NCBI GenBank assembly: GCA_965229705.1
Contig: OZ245922.1
Span: 270,001 to 302,000 of the forward strand
Direction: 5' to 3'
Length of the DNA: 32,000 nucleotides
DNA from: Candidatus Saccharimonadota bacterium
Lineage (GTDB): Bacteria > Patescibacteriota > Gracilibacteria > BD1-5 > UBA6164
The notes under the pieces were generated by a model. That model had not been told where the DNA came from. It searched no databases and saw only the letters and a list, made by a program, of their open reading frames with translations. Of this stretch, positions 9,676 to 18,926 are shown piece by piece. A program made the translations under genes and the position numbers. How positions within the stretch are numbered: the stretch's first letter is position 1; every line of letters starts with the position of its first letter.

Positions 9676-10275
9676 ATGTCTAAAATATTTTCTGGAATAA
9701 GTCTTGTTTTTTTATGTCTTACTGTGAGCGTCACTTGAGTATTTTCGATGTCGTATAATGCATCTCAGATAGATGCAGCAAATTTTCTTGCAGAGAGGTG
9801 AATTATCGTAGATCAAAGTAGTAATCCCTCAGAATATAATCTAGATAGTTTTATAGAGAGAAAAGCAACTATGAAAGTGGTGATGAAGCTTTCGGGTGTA
9901 GATATACCTGATGTGTGTTATTGAGTTTTTTCTGATGTGCAAAGCGGTTGGCACTGCAAGTATATAGAACAAGCTTTAGCGCAGTGATTTATATCTCTCA
10001 ATACAACTTTTCGGCCTGATGATAATATTACAAAAACAGAGGCAATGAAGCTTGTTTTACAAGCAAAGGGAATTGAAAAAATAGCAAATACGGCTATATG
10101 GCAAGAAGATTATATGGAGACAGCGTATCATTATGGTATTATACAAGAAAAATACTATGACTACAATGCTCTTGCCAGTCGTGGTTGGATATTTGAAATA
10201 GCTACGGCAAGTATTAAAAGGCAAGAAGCGCAAGAGAGTATAAAAGAGGAACTGATGAGTGATGAAGCATTGTAA
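9676..10275 (+). CDS. secreted SLH-like repeat protein, paralog 3
   Basis: 199 aa. Signal-like N-terminus, then AANFLAER-G-IIVD...ERKATMKVVMKL and CY-G-VFSDVQSGWHCKYIEQALAQ-G-FIS..FRPDDNITKTEAMKLV. Confidence 0.7.
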
Positions 10276-10306
10276 AAAATACAGTATTTGAAAAGATAAA
10301 AAAAAT

Positions 10307-10334
10307 TTGACTTGCTTTTACATGCGAATATAAA
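10307..10334 (+). promoter_or_regulatory. sigma-70-type promoter upstream of the leu leader
   Basis: TTGACT (10307-10312), a 16-nt spacer, then TATAAA (10329-10334). The same TTGACT -35 recurs upstream of the sigma-factor and HD genes. Confidence 0.5.
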
Positions 10335-10364
10335 AGGACTATAGTTTTATTTTTCACAAAAGCT

Positions 10365-10436
10365 ATGAAAAGAATATTTACTCAAACTCTGCTGCTGACT
10401 CTTGGAATATTCCTGGAGGCAGTTTTTTTCGTGTAA
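10365..10436 (+). CDS. candidate Leu-rich leader peptide (23 aa)
   Basis: ATG at 10365 encodes MKRIFTQTLLLTLGIFLEAVFFV, then TAA. CTG CTG CTG at 10391-10399 plus two more Leu codons. Lies between the promoter and a strong terminator directly upstream of leuA. Confidence 0.4.
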   Translation: MKRIFTQTLLLTLGIFLEAVFFV

Positions 10437-10456
10437 ATTTGAAATATTTTTTCTAT

Positions 10457-10497
10457 AAACTCTCTTCAGGTATGAAAGAGAGTTTTTTATTTTTTTA
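10457..10497 (+). terminator. rho-independent terminator (candidate attenuator) ahead of leuA
   Basis: 10-bp stem AAACTCTCTT / AAGAGAGTTT with a 9-nt loop, followed by TTTATTTTTTT. The leuA ATG is at 10504. Confidence 0.65.
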
Positions 10498-10503
10498 CTT
10501 TTT

Positions 10504-12138
10504 ATGATGATGCAAGTACCTACAAATTCTTGAGAAATAATATGAGATGATGGAAGAAAAAAGATTATCTTATTTGATACAACGCTCCGAGACGGTCATC
10601 AATGCCCATGAGCAGCAATAGAGAACGATGAAGATTATTTTTGAGTTGTTCGGTGACTTGATAAGATATGATTTGATATATGCGAGGTATGATTTCCAGC
10701 GTCTTCAGCTCACGAAGCTTGGAGAGTTAATCAGGTCGCAGAGATGTGTAAAGCTGGAGAGATATCTACCATGGTTTGTTGACTCTCACAAATGGTGGAT
10801 TTTCAGGTTGATGCTTGTCTACAGGCATTGGCGTCAGCAATAGAAGTACAAAAAGGATTTTTTCATATATATTTCCCCGTTGACCCAAAACTGCGATCGG
10901 CAAGTATTTGAGACAAAGTTTCTGATCGTCAGGCAGTTGAAGATGTCGCAAAGTTTTCTAAAATGGCTTATGATATGTGAGCCATAGTCCAGTTTTCTCC
11001 TGAAGGGTATTCTCGAGTATGAGACAACTTTGATTTTTGCACAGATCTGCTCATAACAGCGGCTGAGAATGGGGCAACATATTTTAATATGCCTGATACT
11101 ATTTGAGGAGAGGATCAGGATAATACATCAAAAGAATACTATGTGAATACTATTATCCGACATAAAGCTATTCTTGATCAGAGATTTCCAGGAAATAATT
11201 TTATATGGTCAGTACATAATCATAATGACTTATGAAATGCTGTTCAAAACAGTATCAACGGAGTACGACAATGAACTGGAATTTCAAAAATGGAGACATC
11301 AATAAATGGAGTAGGGGAGAGAGCAGGAAACGCAGATGGATGCCAGATTATTACACGCATGAAGACGACGCTTGCAAACCAGTTTGATATAGATCATATT
11401 GTTGCCAAACATATAAGCGAGATATCAGGCTTAGTATCAAAAAGTATGCTCCCAACGCAAGCACATTATGCTATAGTGTGAGCTAATGCGATGAAACATA
11501 CTTCTTGATGACACGCCAATGCAATTTTACGCAATCCTACGGTCTATCAGCCGTTTGATCCAAGTATTGTATGATGAAAAATACGCTTGGTATATGGACC
11601 AAACTCAGGAGGGAACCTGGCAATAGATATTATAAAAAGACAATGATATGTATGCCCAAAAGAACATAAGCGAGATCTTGATGAGTTTTTAAAGCAAAAA
11701 ATGAAAGAAACATGAAGATACAAGTGAGTCACAGATGAAGAACTACTGGACCTATATAAAGAATTTCGAAGCCCTATTAAGATTATATGATACGAAAAAA
11801 ATAAAATAGATGAGTCAAACTGAGTAGAAATCACTTTTGATGGAAAACTGTTTTGAGAAGAGTCAGTGAAACTCAGAGGTGAAACAGCTTTTACAGTTCT
11901 CAAGGATTTTCTTTCTGAGAAAATCCCAGGTTATAGTGTGAAGAATTTTCGTTCAGGTTCAGTAGAACTATGATCAAGGTCAAAAGCAGTTACCACGGTA
12001 GAAATAGTAAACAAAGAAACAGAGGAAATGACGGTATGAGTATGAAGAGATAATGATATTGAAACTTCTTCTTTGAAGGCACTGGCAAATGCGTTTAATG
12101 AGGTTTTTATTGATAAGCATTTTAAGGAGAAAGAGTAG
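10504..12138 (+). CDS. leuA: 2-isopropylmalate synthase
   Basis: 544 aa. Motifs LFDTTLRDGHQCP-G-AA, GFPASS, HNHNDL-G-NAVQNS and SINGVGERAGNA mark the HMGL-like domain. The C-terminal V-G-V-G-RDNDIETSSLKALANAFNE resembles the LeuA regulatory domain. Confidence 0.9.
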
Positions 12139-12163
12139 TTTTTTTTCACAAAACTATTTTTTT
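12136..12163 (+). terminator. weak AT-rich hairpin plus T-run after leuA
   Basis: TAGTTTT-TTTTCAC-AAAACTA followed by TTTTTTT. Only 2 GC pairs in the stem. Confidence 0.3.
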
Positions 12164-12200
12164 AGATATCATAAAAAAAAATATTCACCATAAAATATAT

Positions 12201-12713
12201 ATGCTTGGTATAGAGATCACCGCGTTTATTGTATCACAAATACTGGTATGAATTGCGATTGTTACGGACTTTGTAAGTTTTCAGTTTAAGGACAGGAAGA
12301 AGGTTCTGATATGGCTAACAATATCTTCAACACTCATTACGATTCATTATTTATTGCTTGGTCAGATAAACGCTTTTTTCCTCCTGACAATCTCTACATT
12401 TTCGTTTCTTGTTTCTGCCTTCACGCATGATAAGCGAGTCATGTATCTTTTTTTTCTTTTTTACTTACTTCCTGTAGTTCTGAACTATCAAGAGGCTTCA
12501 GATCTGCTTATATTTGTATGATTATATATAATTCTTTTTGCAAAATTTCAAAAAAACGACAAGCACATAAGACTTTGAATAATGCTGTGAATTACATTTG
12601 TTATAGCTTATAATATTGTCATATTTACACCTATGTGAGTGTTGCTTGAGGTACTCTTTCTTGGGAGTAATGTGATATGATTTTACAAGCATTATTTGAG
12701 AGGGGAGAGATAA
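12201..12713 (+). CDS. YgjV-family inner membrane protein
   Basis: 170 aa, 6 TGA-Gly codons. DFVSFQFKDRKKVLIWLTISSTLITIHYLLLGQINAFFL matches my recollection of the YgjV SFQ.K.R...L core. Multi-TM. Confidence 0.55.
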
Positions 12714-12791
12714 ATTACATAAGTACATTATCAATAAACAACTTCTTTTTTTCACGAAATTTCATTTTTCCATTTGTCCCTGTAACAGGTA

Positions 12792-14231
12792 CTAACTCCT
12801 CACAAACCCCCCGTGAAATCCTGCCGTTATCCTTACGGGAAAATACGCTATAAACTCTTCTTTCATAGACTGAGCGTTTAGACCAAGGAGAAAGTTTTTC
12901 TCCTTTTTCTCATCAAAGCCATAACATAATAAAATTCCATCATCTTCACTTTTAGAATTTTTATTTTCTACAAAAACTGGTTCTCCAAAATAACAATGCT
13001 CTTTGGTAAAAATAAGTGATTTTTTATGTTCTAAGACATCAAGCTTTACGATATTTGTAAAAATATTATTTCCTTTCGTGTTCCTATTTAGGTTCCCAAC
13101 TCCATACACAAACCTATGTTTTTTATTGATATATTTTTCATTTATCCTTTGCAGTTCACAAGTATAATCTGCTACTTTCTCTTCCTGAATAGAACCACTT
13201 TTGAGATTCATAGAATATCTCATATATTTTGGAGGATAGATGGAGACTCCTCCTTTTTTTAGGTTTTCTATCATAAAATCTTTGAGTATCTGAGGATTAT
13301 CAAAAACAGGAAGTTCAAGAGTGATAGTATCATTTTCTTCATACGCATTTGTTGTGTGAAAAAAGAAAAAAGGATTTACTTTAAACGATTTAACTTTTTC
13401 TCCATTTGATTTTCTCACAATATGAATTTTTGTTTTCATAAAATTTCCAAACCATTGTATATTTTGAAAAAACGAGAAAGGTAAAAAAACAACTGCTGCT
13501 GGAAATAGTAATTTATAGGGCTGTTCAATTACTACCACATAGTTTTTTGTTTGAGCAAGTGAGTGAAAATAACTCGGACAAAGCCTAAAAAATCGTGTAA
13601 TAACTTCTCTTTTTTCCGTTGTAATATCCTGTCTTATAACTTTATGCTGTGAAATGAGGTTCATCTCAACAATTATGTTATACATATTTTTTCTATCAAT
13701 TTGTGGGTGAGCAGTGGTTATTTGCCCAAAAATGTTATTAAACTTATAATTTTGAAGTGTGTTTAAACATGTATCAAACTCCACATATTGAGTAGTTTCA
13801 GTTAGAGCCAAAAAGTTTTTATTTTTATTTTGAACAATATTCACATTACAATTATCCATATCTTTTTGAGAACTTTGAGGAATTTGTGGAAGCACACATT
13901 TTAATAATCTCAATAAATTAAATTTAGAAAATTTCTTTGGTCTTGTAGCAAACATAAAACCTTTATTTTTATTCTCTTCAATTGATTTTTTATAAGAATG
14001 GGATTGTAAAAATTTATTTTTAAAATAAATATTATCATTATCAAACTTTATAGAAAACAAATGTGAAAAACCATCAAACCAATGATTCAAATAGTCTTCT
14101 CCTGAATGAAATTTTCCAGGACCAATTCTCAGGAGTTGTCCGGTAATATCTTTTGGAATTTTCCCAGAAACTTTGAGCTCGGTCCAATCAGTCTCGGCTG
14201 ATACTTCATCAAAAAAGTTTTTGAATGCCAT
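12792..14231 (-). CDS. carotenoid cleavage oxygenase family protein (RPE65/CCD/lignostilbene dioxygenase superfamily)
   Basis: The only long standard-code ORF in the window (479 aa), ATG at 14231 to TAG at 12792-12794. The four iron-ligand His contexts are present: TTAHPQID, SYFHSLAQTKNYVVV, FFFFHTTNAYEE and AGFHGGF at the C-terminus. Zero TGA codons. Confidence 0.85.
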   Translation of the reverse strand: MAFKNFFDEVSAETDWTELKVSGKIPKDITGQLLRIGPGKFHSGEDYLNHWFDGFSHLFSIKFDNDNIYFKNKFLQSHSYKKSIEENKNKGFMFATRPKKFSKFNLLRLLKCVLPQIPQSSQKDMDNCNVNIVQNKNKNFLALTETTQYVEFDTCLNTLQNYKFNNIFGQITTAHPQIDRKNMYNIIVEMNLISQHKVIRQDITTEKREVITRFFRLCPSYFHSLAQTKNYVVVIEQPYKLLFPAAVVFLPFSFFQNIQWFGNFMKTKIHIVRKSNGEKVKSFKVNPFFFFHTTNAYEENDTITLELPVFDNPQILKDFMIENLKKGGVSIYPPKYMRYSMNLKSGSIQEEKVADYTCELQRINEKYINKKHRFVYGVGNLNRNTKGNNIFTNIVKLDVLEHKKSLIFTKEHCYFGEPVFVENKNSKSEDDGILLCYGFDEKKEKNFLLGLNAQSMKEEFIAYFPVRITAGFHGGFVRS

Positions 14232-14249
14232 ATTCGAAAAAGTGAAATT

Positions 14250-14363
14250 TTAAGAAAACTCTGAGAAAGTTCTTTTTATTTTCTCGAGACTGGTCTCAAG
14301 TTACTTATTTCAAGGAATTGAGACCGGTCTCTTACACAAGATTTTTCTATTTTTCAGAGCTTG
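14250..14363. repeat. MITE-like repeat, type II long variant
   Basis: TTAAGAAAACTCTGAGAAAG...CTCGAGACTGGTCTC-AAGTTACTTATTTCAAGGAATT-GAGACCGGTCTCTTACACAAGATTTTTCTATTTTTCAGAGC. Its reverse complement matches 29271-29386. Starts 18 nt upstream of the oxygenase start codon. Confidence 0.7.
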
Positions 14364-14629
14364 TTTATAGAGTAAGAAAAAAGGGAAGAAATAAAATTTT
14401 TTCTGATTCTCCTAGGGAAATGCGGAAAAACTTCGTATTTCATCGTCAAAGTGCAACATTGTCTTCAAACTCGTACAATGAGTACGCTTATTTCAGCCAA
14501 GTTGCATTTTCCTTGAACTACTTGTTTTTACACATTTCCTATTTTTCCGTGTTTCTCTATGGATAAATATTTTAATATCAGTATATTAGCGAGCAGAGAA
14601 TATATTCTTATTTTTATAATGTTTTTTGT

Positions 14630-15649
14630 ATGAAACATCCTTTTGTCGTATGACTCGTTATATCGTCTATACTCATAGGCCTTGCCTATTTTGGGAGAAG
14701 TATTTTACTTCCACTGATTTTTTCGTTTTTACTTTGGATTATTATCATTTCTTGGATGAGATTGTTTTCAAAAATATCTTTTCAAGGAAAATTTCTACCA
14801 GCAAGTTTGCGAAATATTTTATCATTTATCATATTTTGCGCGCTGATACTCTTTCTCTCAAATATCCTTGTACAAGACCTAAGAAACTTTAATGTTGTAT
14901 TGCCAGAACTCATTGAAAACGCAGAAGCAAAAGTCCAGGTGATCGAAGACGCAACAGGATTTGATATCACGAGCTTTGTACAAGAGTCGCTGTCAAAACT
15001 CAATGTGATCTGACTTGTATCGAGTCTTACAAACTCTCTTTCGAGCTTTGCAACCACACTCTTTATCGTGTTTATCTATCTACTATATATTGGAAATGAA
15101 CAAAGATATTTTCAAACAAAACTCAAAATAGTGAGTGGTTCTCGCTATAATACGCATTTCAAGCTTTTATTGGATATTGTTCAGAGTATCGAAAAATACA
15201 TTAGTGTAAAAACCGCTATTAGTGCCCTTACAGGAATACTCTCGTATATAGTAATGGTTATTATTGGCGTAGAGTTTGCTTTTGTATGGGCATTTATCAT
15301 ATTTGCGATGAATTTTATTCCAACGATTGGTTCTCTCATAGCTACGACACTTCCAGTGATATTTGCTCTTATCGCATTTGATACTTACTGGCAATCCTTT
15401 GCTCTATTAACACTGATTGGTGGGATACAACTCTATGTAGGAAATGTCCTAGAACCAAAATATCTTTGAAACAAGCTCAATGTCAGTCCTTTGCTACTTT
15501 TCTTTTCTCTGTATTTTTGGAATGCCCTTTGGTGAATAGCAGGAATGTTTATTGCTGTTCCTCTCACGGTAATTATTATGATTATTCTTCTGCATATTCC
15601 TGCAACAAAATCTATTGGAATATGGATGTCATGAGACGGTAAGGTATAA
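14630..15649 (+). CDS. AI-2E family transporter (PerM/UPF0118)
   Basis: 339 aa, frame followed codon by codon from ATG 14630 to TAA 15647-15649. Contains FIIFAMNFIPTIGSLIATTLPVIFAL and GNVLEPKYL-G-NKLNVSPL, typical of the family. Confidence 0.8.
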
Positions 15650-15659
15650 AGAATTACTC

Positions 15660-16457
15660 TTACTTTTTTCTCAAAAAACTACTGATAAGAAACACTCCTC
15701 ATAGTATCAAAACAATTGTTGCTCCAGCAGAAGTATCGAGATAATACGATGCAAAGAGTCATACGCTCACGGCAAATACTGACAGGATAGTAGCAATGAC
15801 AAATACTCCAAAAAGACTTCCAGAGAGAAGTTTTGCGGTGTTTCCAGGAAGAACAAGAAAAGCTCAGAGAAGCAGTACTCCAAATATCTTGAGGCAAACA
15901 GCAATAAAAACGGTCAGATAGAGAAGGTATCCAAACTCTATTTTTCCAGTATGAACTCCCTGACTTTTGGCAATTTCTTCTGAGAGAGCAATCTGAATCA
16001 GTTTTTTTCCAAAAAAGAAATATAAAATAGCTCCTAGTACGAGCATGACAGCTAGAAGATATATATCAAGTTTTTCGACAAAAAGGATATTTCCAAAGAG
16101 AAAGTTAAAAATATCTATTTGCATATTTCATAAAAACCCGACTCAAAAAACTCCTCCAGCAAGACCAATTTGTGAAAGTATTTCTTTGCTTGATTCACGA
16201 GAAGTATAAGTGTATTTTTCAATACAAGAGAGCAAAAAGACTCATATAATCGCTGCAATGATTCCAAAAAGGTAGTAGTTTCCCTGAAAGAAAAATGATA
16301 TCACGATTCCTACAAAAAATACATTTGCAATAGAGTGCGTAATGTTTGGTTCACGGCGGAGGACAACGAGGCTTCCTAGAGTTCCAGATATGAGGCATAC
16401 AAGTACTCAGGCGATGAGTGCTTCTCGAAAGAAAGAGTAGGAGAGTATTTCAAGCAT
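15660..16457 (-). CDS. znuB: metal ABC transporter permease (ABC-3 family)
   Basis: 265 aa. MLEILSYSFFREALIA-G-VLVCLISGTLGSLVVLRR..., FNFLFGNILFV and SEEIAKSQGV are the ZnuB/MntB pattern. Last gene of the zur operon. Confidence 0.8.
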
Positions 16458-16468
16458 AGTTTAGGAGT

Positions 16469-17197
16469 TTAGTGAGAAGGGTGATCATGTTTCTTGTGCG
16501 CGGTATGTTCATAGGGTCGTAAGTACTTTCAAAAAAGATGTTTCACATCTTCGTTTTCTAAAACTTCACTGGGTGTTCCATGACAGCAGAGATTATTTTC
16601 ATGCAGACATATGACTCTGGTCGAGTTCTTGTAAACCAGGTGCAGGTTATGTGACACAAGGATAATGGCCATTTGAGGATAGTTTTTTCTGATCTCAGAG
16701 ATATTTTTATAAAAAGCTTCCTCTCATATACGATCTATTCAACTAGTCGGTTCATCGAGTAAGATGATTTCAGGGTCTGATACAAGAGCTGAGACAATCA
16801 GTATTTTTTGAAACTCTCCTCCAGAGAGTGTATGTATATTGTTTTCCAGAAGATGATTTACAGAAAAGAGTTTTGCAAGAGACTCTATTTTTTGTATTTT
16901 GAGGTTTTGATGAAACATTGCAAAAAACTCTTTGACTTTTACGGGGAAGTTTTTTTCGAGTTGTATTTTCTGGGGAACATATGCTATTTTTTGAGTCTGA
17001 AGAGATATATTTCAGCAAAAGGGTTTTTGTATTCATGCAATAGTCTTGAGGAGGCTTGATTTTCAAGTTCCATTTTTTCAAATAATAGAAAGTATTTCTC
17101 ATGAATGCAAAGAAAAGCTTATATCCCGAAGGATAAAGCTTTTTCCTGAATCATACGAAATATCGATATGTGAGAGTTCGAGAAGTTTTTTACTCAT
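16469..17197 (-). CDS. znuC: metal ABC transporter ATPase
   Basis: 242 aa. Walker A G-KNGT-G-KSS with both Gly as TGA (17063-17080), signature LSGGEFQK, Walker B ILLDEPTS-G-ID. The start ATG (17195-17197) overlaps the znuA stop by 8 nt. Confidence 0.88.
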
Positions 17198-18317
17198 AGA
17201 CTTTTGCGAGATTCTCCAAATTACTTTTGAGGTTTTCTATATATCCTCCAGCGCTTGGGTTTGCTCAGAGAGGATCAAGTGTTCCGAGTTTGAGGCCGTA
17301 CTCATTTGCAAATCTTTTAATATTTCCTGTTGAAAACTGTGGTTCAGTAAAGCCATGAGAGATATTATGCTCTTGTACTTGTTCGACGAGCTCTGCAAGA
17401 TAGGCAGTTCCTGTATCATGCAATACATTTTCAGAGAAAGGGACTTTGAGATGCATATCCATTCATACTGACTGCATGAGGTAGTTGTATGCGTCATGAA
17501 ATACTATAAACTTTTTTGGAGATTTCCCAGCGGTAGTTTCAGCGAAGTTTTTGTAGGCAGATCGTACTTCGTTTTTAAAGTTTTCTGCGTTTTGGCTAAA
17601 GTATTCTGATTGTTCTGGGATTTCTTTTGAAAACTCGTCTCGAATAGTGTCAGCTATTTGAAAAATATTATCTTTTCCAAGCCATACATGAGGATCACTG
17701 CTATGATCATGTTCATCGCGATGTTCTCACTTATCGTGTTCATCATCATGGTACTCATCTGTATGAGTTTCTTCATCATGATGTTCATCAGAATGACCGT
17801 GATTATCGTGATGTTCATCTTCATGCTCATCTTCATGATGTTCCTCTTCTTCGTGGTGCTCATCATCACTATGACCATCGTGGTGATCATGTCACTCAAC
17901 TTCAATAAGTTTCATGCCATCGGCGAGATGTATTTGTTTACTTGTATCTACAGCTTTCTCAAGAAATCCATCTATATGTTCGAGACCAATCATGAATACT
18001 TTCTCACTTTTTGATATATCAGCCATCATTTTTGCTGAGAGATCAAAACCATGAGGAGAAACTCCTGCGGGAACAATATTTGTTACTACAGCGTAGTCTC
18101 CACCAATAGTCTTCACGAGTGATGATAAAGGAACAATAGAGCTACTCACATATATTCTATTTTCTAATATATCTTTTGGCATATAGTCAGTTGAATACTC
18201 CGGCTTGTTATCTAGGTTACGCTCTGAGAGAGGTATATACTCTTGCGTATCTGTTACTGCGCTTCCACATGATACAACAAGAAAACTCATCAGGATGAGA
18301 GTTATAACTTTTTTCAT
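17190..18317 (-). CDS. znuA: zinc ABC transporter substrate-binding lipoprotein with long His/Asp/Glu-rich loop
   Basis: MKKVITLILMSFLVVSC lipobox, then a cluster A-I SBP fold (VSPHGFD, DPHVWL, FHDAYNYL, FTEPQFS). A 69-aa His-rich insert maps to 17688-17894. The alternative upstream start at 18356 would overlap zur. Confidence 0.8.
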
Positions 18318-18343
18318 AATATTATGATTATAGAAATATGATT

Positions 18344-18745
18344 TTATCACTGGCATCTTTTACATACCCCAAAAATATTGATACAGTGCTCATGGATATG
18401 AAAACCAATTTTTTCTGCTTCTGCAAAAATTTTTGAACATACATCATGAGAGTCAAAACTGAGTATTTCTCAGCAAGAGTGGCACTTCATATGTTCATGG
18501 TGGCATTTTTTACAGCACTCAATTTCATAGCTTTCTCCATATGCTCAGAGGTGAACACGCCGAAGAACTCATATTTCTCAAAAGAGTTTGAGTGTTCGAA
18601 ATATACTTGCGCGACCAATATCAGGAAATGCCTCAATAATATCCTTACTTTGAAAAATGTGGAGACTCTGCATTTTTTCAAAAAGTTTCACTCTTTCGGG
18701 AGTGACTTTTTTGTTGTGGGATATGAGCTGTTTCTTGATTTCCAT
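18344..18745 (-). CDS. zur: Fur-family metalloregulator, Zur-like
   Basis: 133 aa. GRASIFRTLKLF-G-EI-G-VL winged helix, CCKKCHHEHMKCHSC-G and GVCKRCQ-G CxxC pairs. First gene of the operon with znuACB. Confidence 0.8.
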
Positions 18746-18900
18746 ATATTGAGACTCAGTATCAATTAGGGTAAGAGGAATATATGAGTCTTTATGGGGA
18801 AGTCAAAAAAAAATATGAATTTTCTTCTTTCAGAGATTTTTTTCTTTTTCCTGTAAAAACCAAAAAATAATCCCGGGGTATAAGTTCAAAAATCCCTATA

Positions 18901-18926
18901 ATCAGAGAGGATTAGAAAATATTTTT
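18901..18926. repeat. fragment of type I MITE-like repeat
   Basis: ATCAGAGAGGATTAGAAAAT matches the GTCAGAGAGGATTAGAAT end of inverted type I copies. The sigma-factor stop codon (18912-18914) lies inside it. Confidence 0.5.

Noticed and set aside
10276-10503. A T-box riboswitch upstream of leuA.
   Set aside because: The region is only about 230 nt, and I could not find the conserved T-box sequence or a specifier-loop architecture. A leader peptide plus terminator fits better.
17658-18014. A 118-aa plus-strand ORF, plus similar track ORFs at 5656-6123(-), 11547-11903(-), 20716-21048(-) and 28346-28723(-).
   Set aside because: Each is antisense or out of frame relative to a well-supported table-25 gene (znuA, polA, leuA, tpx, dnaJ), and their translations are low-complexity.
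18752-18791. The inverted repeat AGACTCA-N26-TGAGTCT just upstream of zur as a Zur box.
   Set aside because: Known Fur/Zur operators are tight AT-rich palindromes, and arms 26 nt apart do not fit that pattern. This may simply be a 5' UTR hairpin, and I have no supporting evidence for an operator.
18875-18900. A tRNA-like T-arm (GGGGTATAAGTTCAAAAATCCC).
   Set aside because: No acceptor, D or anticodon stems can be drawn around it, and the T-loop consensus GTTCRANYC is not met.
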